NCBI GenBank assembly: GCA_964344235.1
Contig: CAYFMJ010000003.1
Location: forward strand, 16,054-80,053
Reading direction: 5' to 3'
Origin: an uncultured Methanosarcinales archaeon
GTDB taxonomy: Archaea; Nanobdellota; Nanobdellia; Woesearchaeales; GW2011-AR9
Length of the DNA stretch: 64,000 nt
A program made the position numbers and the translations under genes. Positions within the stretch are counted from its first letter, which is position 1; every line of letters begins with the position of its first letter. The notes beneath the pieces are model-generated. The model did not search any database. It had not been told where the DNA came from and saw only the letters and a program-made list of their open reading frames with translations. Positions 1 through 9,382 of the stretch are shown piece by piece.

Positions 1-362
1 CAAGTCATGTCTTTCTTCTTTTGTTTAACGAAGTCTTTCAACCCAGCTTTCTCTGCACGTCTCAAAAATTCCGTAGCGATTTTCTTTAAGCGTAAACCGT
101 TAATGTCAACATCGGTCTGAAAGAATTCATAGCGGTCAAGTAATGTTTCAATGGCTTTTGCTTGTGTTTTGAGGTTTGTTTCTATTAATTTAGGAGAGGC
201 AACGTGAAATTCTTTCTCTAGCTCCTCTAATTTCTTTGCTTCTGTTCGAATAACTTCTTCATCAGTATGGATATCTTCCATGAATTCTTGGATTGCTTGG
301 ATGTCATCCAGGACTTTTTCATTTTTCTCGGGATGATGTTGGGCTTTCTTACGTTTAAACAT
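1..362 (-). CDS. Hypothetical protein, partial (C-terminus beyond the window start). The ATG is at 360-362 on the minus strand and the frame stays open to position 1 (MFKRKKAQHHPEKNEKVLDDIQAIQEFMEDIH...).
   Basis: Manual translation of the minus strand. It is absent from the ORF track because no stop falls inside the window. Charged, coiled-coil-like composition. Confidence 0.35.
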   Translation of the reverse strand, partial: MFKRKKAQHHPEKNEKVLDDIQAIQEFMEDIHTDEEVIRTEAKKLEELEKEFHVASPKLIETNLKTQAKAIETLLDRYEFFQTDVDINGLRLKKIATEFLRRAEKAGLKDFVKQKKKDMT

Positions 363-458
363 GAACAGAAGAGATATTTTACGCAATATAAACCTTTTGG
401 CAGAACATAGATAATAGAGAACAATAATGTATAAATTACAGAAAAATAGTTCGTAGTA

Positions 459-1073
459 ATGGTTTCATCACCGATTGATTTGCGTGAACGACCGTTGATT
501 CCAGTTGACCAAGTGGCGATAAGGCCGAAACACAGGGGGGATCTAGCAGGAATTCTCGTTACTGATTTGGAAATTCGTAATCGCATTTCAGAATTAGCAA
601 GGGATATTTATGCACAACATGGTGATAAGGAAGTCCTAGGAGTATGTATTCTCAATGGTGCAGTCTGTTTCTATTCTGATATGATACGGGCAATGCAAAC
701 ACCAGTTGAGGCAGCATTTTTTCCAGCAAGTAGTTATGGTAAAGGAACCGTTTCTAGTGGTGAAGTTGGAGTTGGAGAGTTTGATTATGGTTTAGTGCCA
801 GGAAGAAGAGTCCTTTTGTTTGAAGATATAGTTGAAACTGGGAGAACTATGCAAGCCCTTAAGAGACGACTTGAAGATCATGATCCAGTTAGTGTTGAGG
901 TTGTTGCATTATTTGATAAACCCACTAAAAGAGCGCCAGGCATTGAGCTTAGGCCGGATTATAATGGCTTTGTCATTGGGGATCCTTTTATTGTTGGGTT
1001 TGGGTTAGATTGTGCTAACCGGTATAGGGAACTACCACACGTTGGAGTTCTTAAACCAGGGGTGTATGAATAA
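459..1073 (+). CDS. hpt: Hypoxanthine/guanine phosphoribosyltransferase
   Basis: PRPP-binding PRTase motif VLLFEDIVETGRTM and a C-terminal GFGLDCANRYRELPHVGVL typical of HGPRT. ATG at 459. Confidence 0.85.
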   Translation: MVSSPIDLRERPLIPVDQVAIRPKHRGDLAGILVTDLEIRNRISELARDIYAQHGDKEVLGVCILNGAVCFYSDMIRAMQTPVEAAFFPASSYGKGTVSSGEVGVGEFDYGLVPGRRVLLFEDIVETGRTMQALKRRLEDHDPVSVEVVALFDKPTKRAPGIELRPDYNGFVIGDPFIVGFGLDCANRYRELPHVGVLKPGVYE

Positions 1074-1127
1074 ACTATATACTCATAACAAGAAATTCTT
1101 AAAAATAGTCTCTTGGAATTGGAAAGT

Positions 1128-1403
1128 ATGAACAAAAAAGCAGCTATTCCTTTCGTTCCCATTATCTTAGGACTTATTATCTTGGCGATTGTGTTAATCA
1201 ATTTTGCAGGAAGGGAGTGTAACAAGAATGCTGAATGTGGAGCAGACTCTTACTGTGGCAGTGATTACAAGTGCCATGCGTATCCAGATGAAGTAATTGT
1301 AGAGAAGTATAATTTCGTCTGGCCAGCGATTATTGTAGGGATTGCAGTTATTATAGCGGCATTGATTCAAAAGGGGAAGAAAATCCCGTTTGTTAAATGG
1401 TAA
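1128..1403 (+). CDS. Small membrane protein with two TM helices and a Cys-rich loop (CNKNAECGADSYCGSDYKC)
   Basis: Hydrophobic segments flank a cysteine-rich loop. ATG at 1128 follows a GGAAAG RBS; the track start at 1113 is TTG. Confidence 0.45.
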   Translation: MNKKAAIPFVPIILGLIILAIVLINFAGRECNKNAECGADSYCGSDYKCHAYPDEVIVEKYNFVWPAIIVGIAVIIAALIQKGKKIPFVKW

Positions 1404-1641
1404 GAAGTTAGTTGGGAAGTGTGATCCCCAGGCGTTTACAGATTTGTTTTTGATTCTCAGTTAAGCGGTGAGCGTTTTTACTCACAAATTCTTCAAATTC
1501 TCTGTCAATATCTTTTGTCAAATATACCACCTCGGTTATTGTGTTTTTCTGATTCCATTGGGATATATAAATGTTGTTTACCACTGCGAGAAGTAAAGGA
1601 ACGTTATTATCAAACAGGTAAAACTACTGTTGAGAATATTG

Positions 1642-2835
1642 CTAAAAAGCTGTGAGTTTTGTTTGATGTTTTCTTTCTTTCATTAATTTACTCTGTTGTA
1701 GGAAGACGGAGATGTCAACGCCGAATTTTCGTTTGGCGAATTGTTTTGCGTAATGTAGCATTAGTTCTTCAGAAGCAAAGTTGATGGGGTGGGATTGCAC
1801 ACTTTTTCTGGCTGATTCTCGACAAACCCATACTCCTAACGGGAGATTATACTGAGAGGTGATAAAGCGGAGGGCTAAACAGCTATGCTGCCGTTTGAGT
1901 TTCTTCATTTGTTCGAGGATTGGGAGACGTGCAGCGTAATAACCACCTGCAGTCTCGTCAGCGTATTTTTTTCTTCCTTTATAGTTCTCATAATCGGTTG
2001 AGTAGGAGAAGCCCTGTTTGCTCCAGGGATTACTTTTGAGGTAGAGGTATGTTTCAAATAATTCATAACTCCAGACTTCTGGGAAGAAGAGGAATAAGTA
2101 GTAATTCCCCCAACCACCACCAAAATACGCTTGATACTCTCCCGTAGGGAAGTCTTTAATTTCTTTGATTAGTTGTTTACCAATCGTATCATCAGTAGCG
2201 GTAATAGACCATCTGGTGGGAACGAGTTTTCTATTGTTTTTTAATCCTAAATTGCCAACCGAGAGTAGTTTGTGGAGAGTGTTTTCTTCAAAGCCCTTTT
2301 TGTAAAGGTTGAGGATTCCTAGGTTTGCTTTCAAATCTGTATCGTAGACGACTTTCTCTACTCTTGTATCTGTTTTGATGTTTTCTGTTACTCTAGCTTT
2401 CTGCACTTCACTCGCAGGACCGTACGGAATGATTTCTTTTTCTTGCTTTGTGGAAAGTTTCGGTGCTTTTTTTAGGGAGACTTCCAAGTCAGCAGCTTTC
2501 TTAGCCATGCCAACTTCCTGGACGATATCTAAGAATTTTCCACCCTTTTGTAATTGTTTGACAGACCATTTAGTTCTACTGTTCACTAAGCTGTATCTCT
2601 TACTAGCGATAGAACCAATAGAGGCGTTATTTTGACTCCATAATCGGGGAGAATCATATTCTTGCATTTCTCCGATAAATTGTGGGGAAAGAACACCAAT
2701 GTTTACGTGAGGGTAGCCATATCTACCAATGAATGGGGCAGGGGCTGAGCCTTGGAATTGTTGTTTGAAATGTGTGTTAACTTTTAATTGAGGAATTTGT
2801 TCAATATCTTTGAATTTGACACGGTGAATGTTCAT
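1642..2835 (-). CDS. nreA: NreA-like DNA repair protein (Nre_N/Nre_C, archaeal COG1602)
   Basis: N-terminal GSAPAPFIGRYGYPHVNIGVLSP matches the Nre_N hallmark GSsPPSVFVGRyGYP. Length ~400 aa. Confidence 0.55.
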   Translation of the reverse strand: MNIHRVKFKDIEQIPQLKVNTHFKQQFQGSAPAPFIGRYGYPHVNIGVLSPQFIGEMQEYDSPRLWSQNNASIGSIASKRYSLVNSRTKWSVKQLQKGGKFLDIVQEVGMAKKAADLEVSLKKAPKLSTKQEKEIIPYGPASEVQKARVTENIKTDTRVEKVVYDTDLKANLGILNLYKKGFEENTLHKLLSVGNLGLKNNRKLVPTRWSITATDDTIGKQLIKEIKDFPTGEYQAYFGGGWGNYYLFLFFPEVWSYELFETYLYLKSNPWSKQGFSYSTDYENYKGRKKYADETAGGYYAARLPILEQMKKLKRQHSCLALRFITSQYNLPLGVWVCRESARKSVQSHPINFASEELMLHYAKQFAKRKFGVDISVFLQQSKLMKERKHQTKLTAF

Positions 2836-3647
2836 AATTTATCATAGGGACTTTGGATGTTTAATAATTTCGGTGCTGCTAAATGAGTATAGATTAACGT
2901 AGTTTCTAAATTTTTATGGCCTAAAAGTGGTTGAACGTCAGTCACAGCATAGCCGTTTTCGATTAAGTGAGTAGCAAAAGAGTGACGCAACATGTGTGGA
3001 TGAACGTGTTTACTTATTTCGGCTTTCTTTTGTGCTTTACTGAGAATTCTCCGCACTGAGGAAGTCGTCATATGACTTTTATGTCCCCGGAATAGCCAAT
3101 CGTCATTTGTTAATTTATGTTCTTTAATCCATTGAGTGATTTCTTCTTTCAATTTCTCTGCAATAATAAAAATTCTATCTTTCCCTCCTTTACCGTTTCT
3201 CACCCAACCATAATTGCTGTCAAAGTGAAAGTGTTTAACTTTGAGGTGAACTAGTTCAGATACTCTCAATCCAGCTGAGTACATAAGGGTTATCATTAGC
3301 TTATGTTTTCTATTGTTGATGACTTTTAATAGTGATCGTACTTCATCTTGCTGTAAAAATCCTGGCAGAGATCTTCGTTGTTTTGCCATTGGAATGTTAA
3401 TTGTTAGCCTCTTATGCAAAACTTTTTCATACAGAAATTTGAGTGCACCTAAATGAACGTTCTGAGTGTTACCTGACTTGTGATATATACGCCGTAGGTG
3501 TTTCTCAATGTCTTTCTTTGTGACACTGTGGACATCTTTCTTGTATGTTCTCAGAAATTTTTGAATAACGCATATATATGTTTTAATCGTTCTTGGAGAA
3601 TAATTCCTTTTCAGTCCTTCTTTTCTAATTAACTCAGCAACATTCAT
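2832..3647 (-). CDS. xerA: Tyrosine recombinase, XerA/XerCD-like
   Basis: C-terminal catalytic region HPHMLRHSFATHLIENG ... LGHKNLETTLIYTHL (R..H..R..Y) and a SAM-like N-domain. Confidence 0.85.
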   Translation of the reverse strand: MNVAELIRKEGLKRNYSPRTIKTYICVIQKFLRTYKKDVHSVTKKDIEKHLRRIYHKSGNTQNVHLGALKFLYEKVLHKRLTINIPMAKQRRSLPGFLQQDEVRSLLKVINNRKHKLMITLMYSAGLRVSELVHLKVKHFHFDSNYGWVRNGKGGKDRIFIIAEKLKEEITQWIKEHKLTNDDWLFRGHKSHMTTSSVRRILSKAQKKAEISKHVHPHMLRHSFATHLIENGYAVTDVQPLLGHKNLETTLIYTHLAAPKLLNIQSPYDKL

Positions 3648-3688
3648 ATTACTTTGGGGATTTGTTAATTTAAATATTCTATCCGTAG

Positions 3689-3741
3689 TTGTCCAGTGGG
3701 GAGTGGCTACAAAGTGGGACAGAACTATAGAGAGTAGTAAC
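3689..3741. promoter_or_regulatory. Conserved upstream element, copy A. It comprises TTGTCCAGTGGGGAGTGG, a 12-nt insert, then CAGAACTATAGAGAGTAGTAAC; a third part, TAACGAAAATTC, lies at 3879-3890.
   Basis: Near-identical to 36010-36059 upstream of lhr. Both copies lie upstream of minus-strand recombination/repair genes. Confidence 0.5.
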
Positions 3742-3931
3742 AGTTTTTTGCGTTATGGGATTGAGTAGAGGCTTTGAATTCAAAGAATTTCACTAAGTGC
3801 AATAAAATTCTCATTAAAACGGAAACTACGTTGGGGTGCTCTTTGGATGTAAACTCTCTTCTTTAACTTGATAAAAACTAACGAAAATTCCACTTTAAAC
3901 TCAATGTAAAAAACTATATAGGCGGGAAGAT

Positions 3932-4666
3932 TTAAGGCTTCGCCATTCTCCACAAAAAATCAAAATAAATTCTAAAACCATCTGCGATATTTCTATTCTT
4001 AATGATAAAAGCATAGGGTGTTTCCTCCCATAACAAAATAAATACATACTCTTGAAAAATATCTATTGCTGCTGGACTCCTAAACCCTTTCTCCATAAAT
4101 CTAATTTGCCCCCACTTTTCTCTCTTTCTTTGTTCAAAAAACTTATTCTTTCTATTATCCAAAATCATTCTAAACTTATGCTTCTTTTGCTTTGATACTT
4201 TATTTACATCCCTCAGCAAAGCTGCTAATTTCTCATTTTTGTAAGCTTGATTTGAGAAACCAATAATATCTAATGTTTCACCAACAGGACATTCCTCAAC
4301 TAACCTATACAATGCAGACTTGAAACCTTGAAATCCCTCAAAAACGGCAGTTTCAGTTTCTTTCTTCTCTTTCAATTGAAGCGTTTTCAAATAGGGAATA
4401 GCTTCTTCAATTTTTTTCATTCGTTCTTTCATCACTTCACTGATGACATCAGGATCAAGAGCAGAATAAAGTTTTCCTTTTTGCCGTTTTTCATAAGTAA
4501 TAATTCCTTTCTGTACTAAAGTATCAAGAGCAGCATAAACTCGTGAATTTGCAATTCCAGTCTTCCGTCTAACCTCGGTTCCAGTACATTTACCTAATTT
4601 CAATATCAGGACATAAATCTTAATCTCGTTATCAGTTAGCCCTAATAATTTTAGTTTTTCTTCCAT
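3932..4666 (-). CDS. TrmB-family transcriptional regulator
   Basis: N-terminal wHTH LTDNEIKIYVLILKLGKCTGTEVRRKTGIANSRVYAALDTLVQKGII, typical of TrmB. Confidence 0.7.
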   Translation of the reverse strand: MEEKLKLLGLTDNEIKIYVLILKLGKCTGTEVRRKTGIANSRVYAALDTLVQKGIITYEKRQKGKLYSALDPDVISEVMKERMKKIEEAIPYLKTLQLKEKKETETAVFEGFQGFKSALYRLVEECPVGETLDIIGFSNQAYKNEKLAALLRDVNKVSKQKKHKFRMILDNRKNKFFEQRKREKWGQIRFMEKGFRSPAAIDIFQEYVFILLWEETPYAFIIKNRNIADGFRIYFDFLWRMAKP

Positions 4667-4724
4667 ATACTCCTAAATAGGAGAACTTATATTTAAATAT
4701 TTCTGTCACAACTTAATAGTAGAT

Positions 4725-5444
4725 ATGTCAAAAACTAACCCTTTTAATGAAATAGAACATGAAAGAACCAATCTTAACCTAGACAAACAATTCAGCATTT
4801 TACCTACTGTAATTCATTTACTCCGCCCATTGTCTGGAAAAAGAGTTATTGATGTTGGTTGTGGAGATGGCTTTTTTACTTTGCCAATTGCAGATCAATC
4901 ACCAACACATGTTTATGGCATTGACAATTGTGTTAGACAAATTGAAAAAGCGGAGAAAGAACCACATCCCAGAGTATCCTACTCTGTTACAGATATGTTT
5001 GATGAATTACCTCCAGCTGAGAGAGTAAATGCTCCATTTGTCTTGAATTACACTGAAACTACACGAGAACTGAGATTATTACTAAGAAATTTCTACCAAA
5101 GTCTAACAAAAGATGGAAAGTTAGTTGCCGTTGTTGATCTCCCTAAACCAAATTTTAACTCACAACAAAGAGAAAGAAAAAGACAATTGAGTGTAGTTAA
5201 AACATTAGCGGGAGAACTTCAAGATGAAACTGGAATAAAACTAGATTTCTATAACGGCAACGGAATTATGTTTAGCTTGTCAGCCACATATTACACGCCT
5301 CAAACAATCACTGGTGTTTTGTCTGATGTTGGCTTTACGAGAATACAATGGCACCAACCACTAATAGAGGAAAACTCTCCTCTTAGTTCTTGGCAAGATT
5401 ATCAAGAGTTATGCGAATTAGGATATATTACAGCTGAAAAATGA
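4725..5444 (+). CDS. Class I SAM-dependent methyltransferase
   Basis: Motif I VIDVGCGDGFFT. Confidence 0.65.
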   Translation: MSKTNPFNEIEHERTNLNLDKQFSILPTVIHLLRPLSGKRVIDVGCGDGFFTLPIADQSPTHVYGIDNCVRQIEKAEKEPHPRVSYSVTDMFDELPPAERVNAPFVLNYTETTRELRLLLRNFYQSLTKDGKLVAVVDLPKPNFNSQQRERKRQLSVVKTLAGELQDETGIKLDFYNGNGIMFSLSATYYTPQTITGVLSDVGFTRIQWHQPLIEENSPLSSWQDYQELCELGYITAEK

Positions 5445-6112
5445 TGGAAATAATAGTTTGGACAATTGGAACCTTATTAATCTTAACAATTAGTGCCTCT
5501 CTAGCAAAAAGATTTGGCTCAGTGTTCATCATTGGTTTATTTTCAGCTTTGTATGTAACTGCTAATATTCTTGCTAATAAAATTTTACAAATTGGACCTT
5601 ATAGTGTTCCTGCTGGAATCATTGCATTTTCTTTAACTTTCTATCTAACTGATCTTTTGTCAGAAATTTATGGAAAGAAAACTGCTTTGAAAGCTGTATG
5701 GATTGGCTTTTTCTCTCAAATAGTTCTCGTGTTCTCAATTTGGGTTGCAATCCAATGGCCTTCTGCACCATTTTGGCAAAATCAAGAAGCATTTGTTTCT
5801 GTTTTATCAAACACTTGGAGAATAGTGGGGGCTTCATTATTAACATATATTGTAAGTCAAAATCACGATGTGTGGGCTTATGATTTCTGGAGAAAAGTTA
5901 CAAATGGAAAACATTTATGGATAAGAAATAATGCTTCAACAATTGTAAGTCAAGCAATAGATACTTTTCTATTTACAACACTGGCATTTTATGGAGTATT
6001 TGAAATCCCAGCATTAATATCAATGATGATAGGTACTTTTATCATTAAGATGTTAATCGCAGTATTGGATACACCTTTCTTGTATATAATGAAGAGATAT
6101 TTTAAGAAATAA
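5441..6112 (+). CDS. yhhQ: Queuosine-precursor transporter, YhhQ/DUF165 (VUT) family membrane protein
   Basis: Conserved PAGIIAFSLTFYLTDLLSEIYGKK (A.G...FP..F..D...E.YG) and multiple TM helices. ATGA overlap with the upstream MTase. Confidence 0.65.
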   Translation: MMEIIVWTIGTLLILTISASLAKRFGSVFIIGLFSALYVTANILANKILQIGPYSVPAGIIAFSLTFYLTDLLSEIYGKKTALKAVWIGFFSQIVLVFSIWVAIQWPSAPFWQNQEAFVSVLSNTWRIVGASLLTYIVSQNHDVWAYDFWRKVTNGKHLWIRNNASTIVSQAIDTFLFTTLAFYGVFEIPALISMMIGTFIIKMLIAVLDTPFLYIMKRYFKK

Positions 6113-6113
6113 A

Positions 6114-6482
6114 CTAAGCACTAGCAGAAGCAACTAACGGACTTTGAAAATCAGCTTGAGCAAAAGCAGGCAATTTTTCTATAATCTTTTGGTTTCCGTG
6201 TTCAAAAGATAATGAAATAATCCAATAGTTGCGATAATTAGTAAACTGTAATTCTGCTTCTTGTAATCCAGAAAGCATTTCTTTACTGATATTCTCATTC
6301 AAAGTATGCAAAAATTTGTAGGCATCTAGTAACTCTACATTAGCAATTCTTCTATCTTTATCTAAATCAATTACTAATTCTTCAGTTACTTCTACGCTTT
6401 CAGAAACGGAAGCGTCCTCTCTATAAATAGTTAAGACATCTCCTTCTTTATCATACGAGACCTTAAATTTTTGACTAATCAT
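6114..6482 (-). CDS. DUF2283-domain protein (putative antitoxin-like partner)
   Basis: N-terminal SYDKEGDVLTIYRED matches the DUF2283 signature (compare 20789-21010). Confidence 0.5.
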   Translation of the reverse strand: MISQKFKVSYDKEGDVLTIYREDASVSESVEVTEELVIDLDKDRRIANVELLDAYKFLHTLNENISKEMLSGLQEAELQFTNYRNYWIISLSFEHGNQKIIEKLPAFAQADFQSPLVASASA

Positions 6483-6503
6483 ATTTACTTGAAATCCCCG
6501 CTA

Positions 6504-6851
6504 CTATTTAAACCTTTTTCTGTATCTTTTCAAAGTCGTTCTGCCTAGTGGAAATACAGTGATAATCTTGATTTGTTTGTCAAATTTGAGTACATAACGT
6601 CTGCCTCTATTATTTGAATATACAAAATAACATCTAAATCTCTCCTCCTTTTCGCCCCCATGCTCTATTTGCTGTTTCTCAGTAAATGTGAGATCTTTCG
6701 GATTTAAGACCTCTTCTTTCATTTTGTCAACAGTTGTATTATTCCTTTTGCACAACCAATCAAGAATACGAGATTTAGTAAAAAAGATTTGGTCTTTTGA
6801 ATATTTCTTAACTTTCTCTTTGACAACATCAGATTTATCTCTTTTAGCCAT
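6504..6851 (-). CDS. Putative toxin-like small basic protein (BrnT/DUF4258-like C-terminus)
   Basis: C-terminal EERFRCYFVYSNNRGRRYVLKFDKQIKIITVFPLGRTTLKRYRK resembles the E-ERf...vv..R..IRIISaRkAtk.Er toxin pattern. It is immediately upstream of a DUF2283 gene. Confidence 0.35.
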   Translation of the reverse strand: MAKRDKSDVVKEKVKKYSKDQIFFTKSRILDWLCKRNNTTVDKMKEEVLNPKDLTFTEKQQIEHGGEKEERFRCYFVYSNNRGRRYVLKFDKQIKIITVFPLGRTTLKRYRKRFK

Positions 6852-6995
6852 TATCTACAACAATTCAAACAGTAATATAAAAACATTCCTAAGAATTTTC
6901 TTCCCGCCTTTTCTAGAATGTAAAAACTAACTAAGTGGAATTTTTTCTTATGTAAGCTAAGATAGTTCAATGCTACACTGTGACGTGCTGGAAAA

Positions 6996-7048
6996 ACTTG
7001 CTCCGCTAACGCTACGCACCCCTACATAAAGTAGGGGGCACATAACCT
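6996..7048. repeat. 53-bp direct repeat, copy 1 (ACTTGCTCCGCTAACGCTACGCACCCCTACATAAAGTAGGGGGCACATAACCT), with an internal hairpin at 7019-7037 (CCCCTAC-ATAAA-GTAGGGG)
   Basis: Identical over 53/53 positions to 8041-8093 (direct comparison). Confidence 0.9.
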
Positions 7049-7112
7049 CTTATGTGCAATAAGCCTACGACGAGCAGTAGAAGTAAAACTTCTTCTTTAA
7101 TAAAAATGTAAT

Positions 7113-7126
7113 TGGGTGTCCGTTTC
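7113..7126. repeat. 14-bp inverted repeat, left arm GGGTGTCCGTTTCT (partner at 7969-7982)
   Basis: Exact reverse complement of AGAAACGGACACCC at 7969-7982. The two arms tightly bracket ORF 7133-7909. Confidence 0.85.
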
Positions 7127-7132
7127 TAAGAA

Positions 7133-7909
7133 CTATTCTACAACATAATGATAGAAAACTTTTGGTCCTTCTCTTAAATGTTCCTCAAAATGTTTATTCA
7201 ATTCTTTAAGAGAATCTCCACAAGCTCTTAAAAAAAGAGGATCTTTTACTTGAACATGTAACACAAATTTTCCAGATGGAACACTTTTATATCTAGAAGA
7301 GAAAAAATCTAAATCCACTATTTGCTTTCTATTCTTTTCTACCCTTTCTGTTTTCCAGAATAAAAATCGTCCTTCATGTCTTGTTTCGTGAATATGATAA
7401 ATTCTTACATATCCATCACCATCAATAGCATCGTATCCTCTTTTATAAGTATCTAAATCAAATTTATCAGTCGGTAATGAAGACCTAACAGAATCAATTA
7501 AAACATTACCATAAGTTTTAATGATTGCACCAAAACTAGGGATAGCTCCATGATCATATATATCGGCAAATTGTTGTTCAACTGTTGGATATCTTAAAGC
7601 GATTGCTCTTTCCATATAATCAGCAGAAATCCCTAAGCTCTGAGCAACTTCATAAGCAACAGAAACTGGAAAATTTCCTTCATGAACAAGTGTTCCTTCA
7701 ACCGCATCAAGAACTGCTTTATCTCCTTTTCTTTCATCAAACTGCCTTAAAGAATCAGCAAGTGCAATTAAATCTAAAAATTCTTTTTCAGGAAGATTTC
7801 TTTCTGATGGAGATAAAACTAATCTTTGATCTAGTGAATCTGTTCTTACTAAACTTGTTTCTTCATCTGAAGTCATTGTTAATTGAGCACCTTCTTGACT
7901 TTGCAACAT
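7133..7909 (-). CDS. Hypothetical protein (258 aa), cargo of the repeat-flanked cassette
   Basis: Long ORF with no recognisable motif. Bracketed by the 14-bp IR and the 53-bp DRs. Confidence 0.5.
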   Translation of the reverse strand: MLQSQEGAQLTMTSDEETSLVRTDSLDQRLVLSPSERNLPEKEFLDLIALADSLRQFDERKGDKAVLDAVEGTLVHEGNFPVSVAYEVAQSLGISADYMERAIALRYPTVEQQFADIYDHGAIPSFGAIIKTYGNVLIDSVRSSLPTDKFDLDTYKRGYDAIDGDGYVRIYHIHETRHEGRFLFWKTERVEKNRKQIVDLDFFSSRYKSVPSGKFVLHVQVKDPLFLRACGDSLKELNKHFEEHLREGPKVFYHYVVE

Positions 7910-7968
7910 ATATTCTTGAGAATCTAGTTCATTTAAAAAGTTTTCTGCCTGTAACTACTAAACAATAA

Positions 7969-7982
7969 ATAAGAAACGGACA
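7969..7982. repeat. 14-bp inverted repeat, right arm AGAAACGGACACCC
   Basis: Reverse complement of 7113-7126. Confidence 0.85.
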
Positions 7983-8040
7983 CCCCTTATTGCTTGCGCT
8001 TTAATTTTTAACTTGATGTAACTTGGCTCGTCTCCAGCTT

Positions 8041-8093
8041 ACTTGCTCCGCTAACGCTACGCACCCCTACATAAAGTAGGGGGCACATAACCT
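8041..8093. repeat. 53-bp direct repeat, copy 2 (identical to 6996-7048)
   Basis: Direct comparison. It is followed at 8100-8118 by a second hairpin, CATGGAC-ATGAA-GTCCATG. Confidence 0.9.
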
Positions 8094-8099
8094 TTCGGA

Positions 8100-8118
8100 C
8101 ATGGACATGAAGTCCATG
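8100..8118 (-). terminator. Hairpin (7-bp stem, 5-nt loop) downstream of gene 8161-9303
   Basis: Perfect inverted repeat CATGGAC/GTCCATG about 43 nt past the stop of the minus-strand gene. Confidence 0.3.
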
Positions 8119-8160
8119 CCACATAACACCAAAATTCAATAGAATAAGTGTGGAGGAAAA

Positions 8161-9303
8161 TTATTCTGGAGGGACTATCCCCTCAAGAGGAGGCTCTCCT
8201 TTGGGTACACAAACAAGATATGTACACCCGGTTACTTCATAATCTACTTCTTTTCTTGGCTCAACGTCATCTCCTTGGGCTAAGCAACTTTCCTCTTTAA
8301 GACTTAGTTCCTCCTCGGAGGGACATTCGCTACACCTAATTTGCCCACATGGCCAATCCTGTCCCTCAAACCACTCAGAGTATTTGTATGCTAAAAAGTT
8401 CTCTCCCTTAGCTTGACAGTCGATCGTAGCTTTCTCTAAAAGAGGTTCAGGAGTACATTGGCTTATTTCTCCGCCAGCACAATAAACCGTCTCACATCCA
8501 TTAGCATCGGGTAATGAGAATGGTTTCAGGTCACCACAATCTTGCTTCATTTCAGCTAGTGCTTCATCAGTAAAGCATCCATTCTTTCCTAACTTCGTTA
8601 AGTCTCCTTTCTTAGGAAGGATTGTAATCGGCGCTGCACAAATATCATTGTCATCTTTATCTGCAACTATCACAAAATATACGGTTTTAGTGGTGACGTC
8701 ACCCCAATCACAACTGGTGTCACTAATCTTTAAACTTGCTGGAACTGCTGTTTTATAGGGGTGGTCTGAACTCTTTCCATAACGTTCAAATTGATCGCAA
8801 GAAATGCTAACTTTTTCGTATTTTAATGTTTCATCTGTAAATGTAATATCAACTTTTACATTTTCATTCCCTTTTGCTTCTTCCTTGGCTAAATCTATTG
8901 TACATTTCGGATTTTTTACTGTAATATCGGCAAGTGCCATCTCTGCTGCCCGCTCTTCAACAACTTCAATCTGCTCCTCAATAGCTTCTTCTTTAATCTC
9001 TTCTACAGTTTTAGGTGGAGTAATAGATTCTGTTTCCATTTGCTTATCCGGTTCAACTACTTCTGCATCAATTATTGGTGGGCCACCCTCACCTTCTCCT
9101 CCAATCGAACTCACTTCATCACTGCTCTGGTCATAAGAATTTTCAGCAGACTTTTCGGAACCAGTAAACAACTCAATAAAAAAACTTTTCACTTTACAGA
9201 AAAAGCCACATTCTTCATCAGAACTAGATGTCGCTTCCGCGTGAACCATAAGTGTACTTACCATCAAAACTAATATACACACAACAACCAACCTCTTTTT
9301 CAT
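8161..9303 (-). CDS. Secreted cysteine-rich protein with a signal peptide and an acidic low-complexity linker
   Basis: N-terminal MKKRLVVVCILVLMVSTLMVHAEA, an E/I-rich linker, and more than 20 Cys in the C-terminal half. Confidence 0.55.
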   Translation of the reverse strand: MKKRLVVVCILVLMVSTLMVHAEATSSSDEECGFFCKVKSFFIELFTGSEKSAENSYDQSSDEVSSIGGEGEGGPPIIDAEVVEPDKQMETESITPPKTVEEIKEEAIEEQIEVVEERAAEMALADITVKNPKCTIDLAKEEAKGNENVKVDITFTDETLKYEKVSISCDQFERYGKSSDHPYKTAVPASLKISDTSCDWGDVTTKTVYFVIVADKDDNDICAAPITILPKKGDLTKLGKNGCFTDEALAEMKQDCGDLKPFSLPDANGCETVYCAGGEISQCTPEPLLEKATIDCQAKGENFLAYKYSEWFEGQDWPCGQIRCSECPSEEELSLKEESCLAQGDDVEPRKEVDYEVTGCTYLVCVPKGEPPLEGIVPPE

Positions 9304-9382
9304 ACAATTAGTAAACTATTTTTAATATATAAATATTCTCCTTTCTATTTTTACCACACTACAGAACTTTCTATGTGGAATA

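Noticed and set aside
227-586. Track ORF 227-586 on the minus strand
   Set aside because: Its 5' half is antisense to hpt and its 3' half is out of frame with the better-supported edge-truncated ORF 1-362.
6996-8093. CRISPR array interpretation of the 53-bp repeats
   Set aside because: Only two copies are present, separated by ~1 kb containing a protein-coding gene, and there are no cas genes. It is not a CRISPR array.
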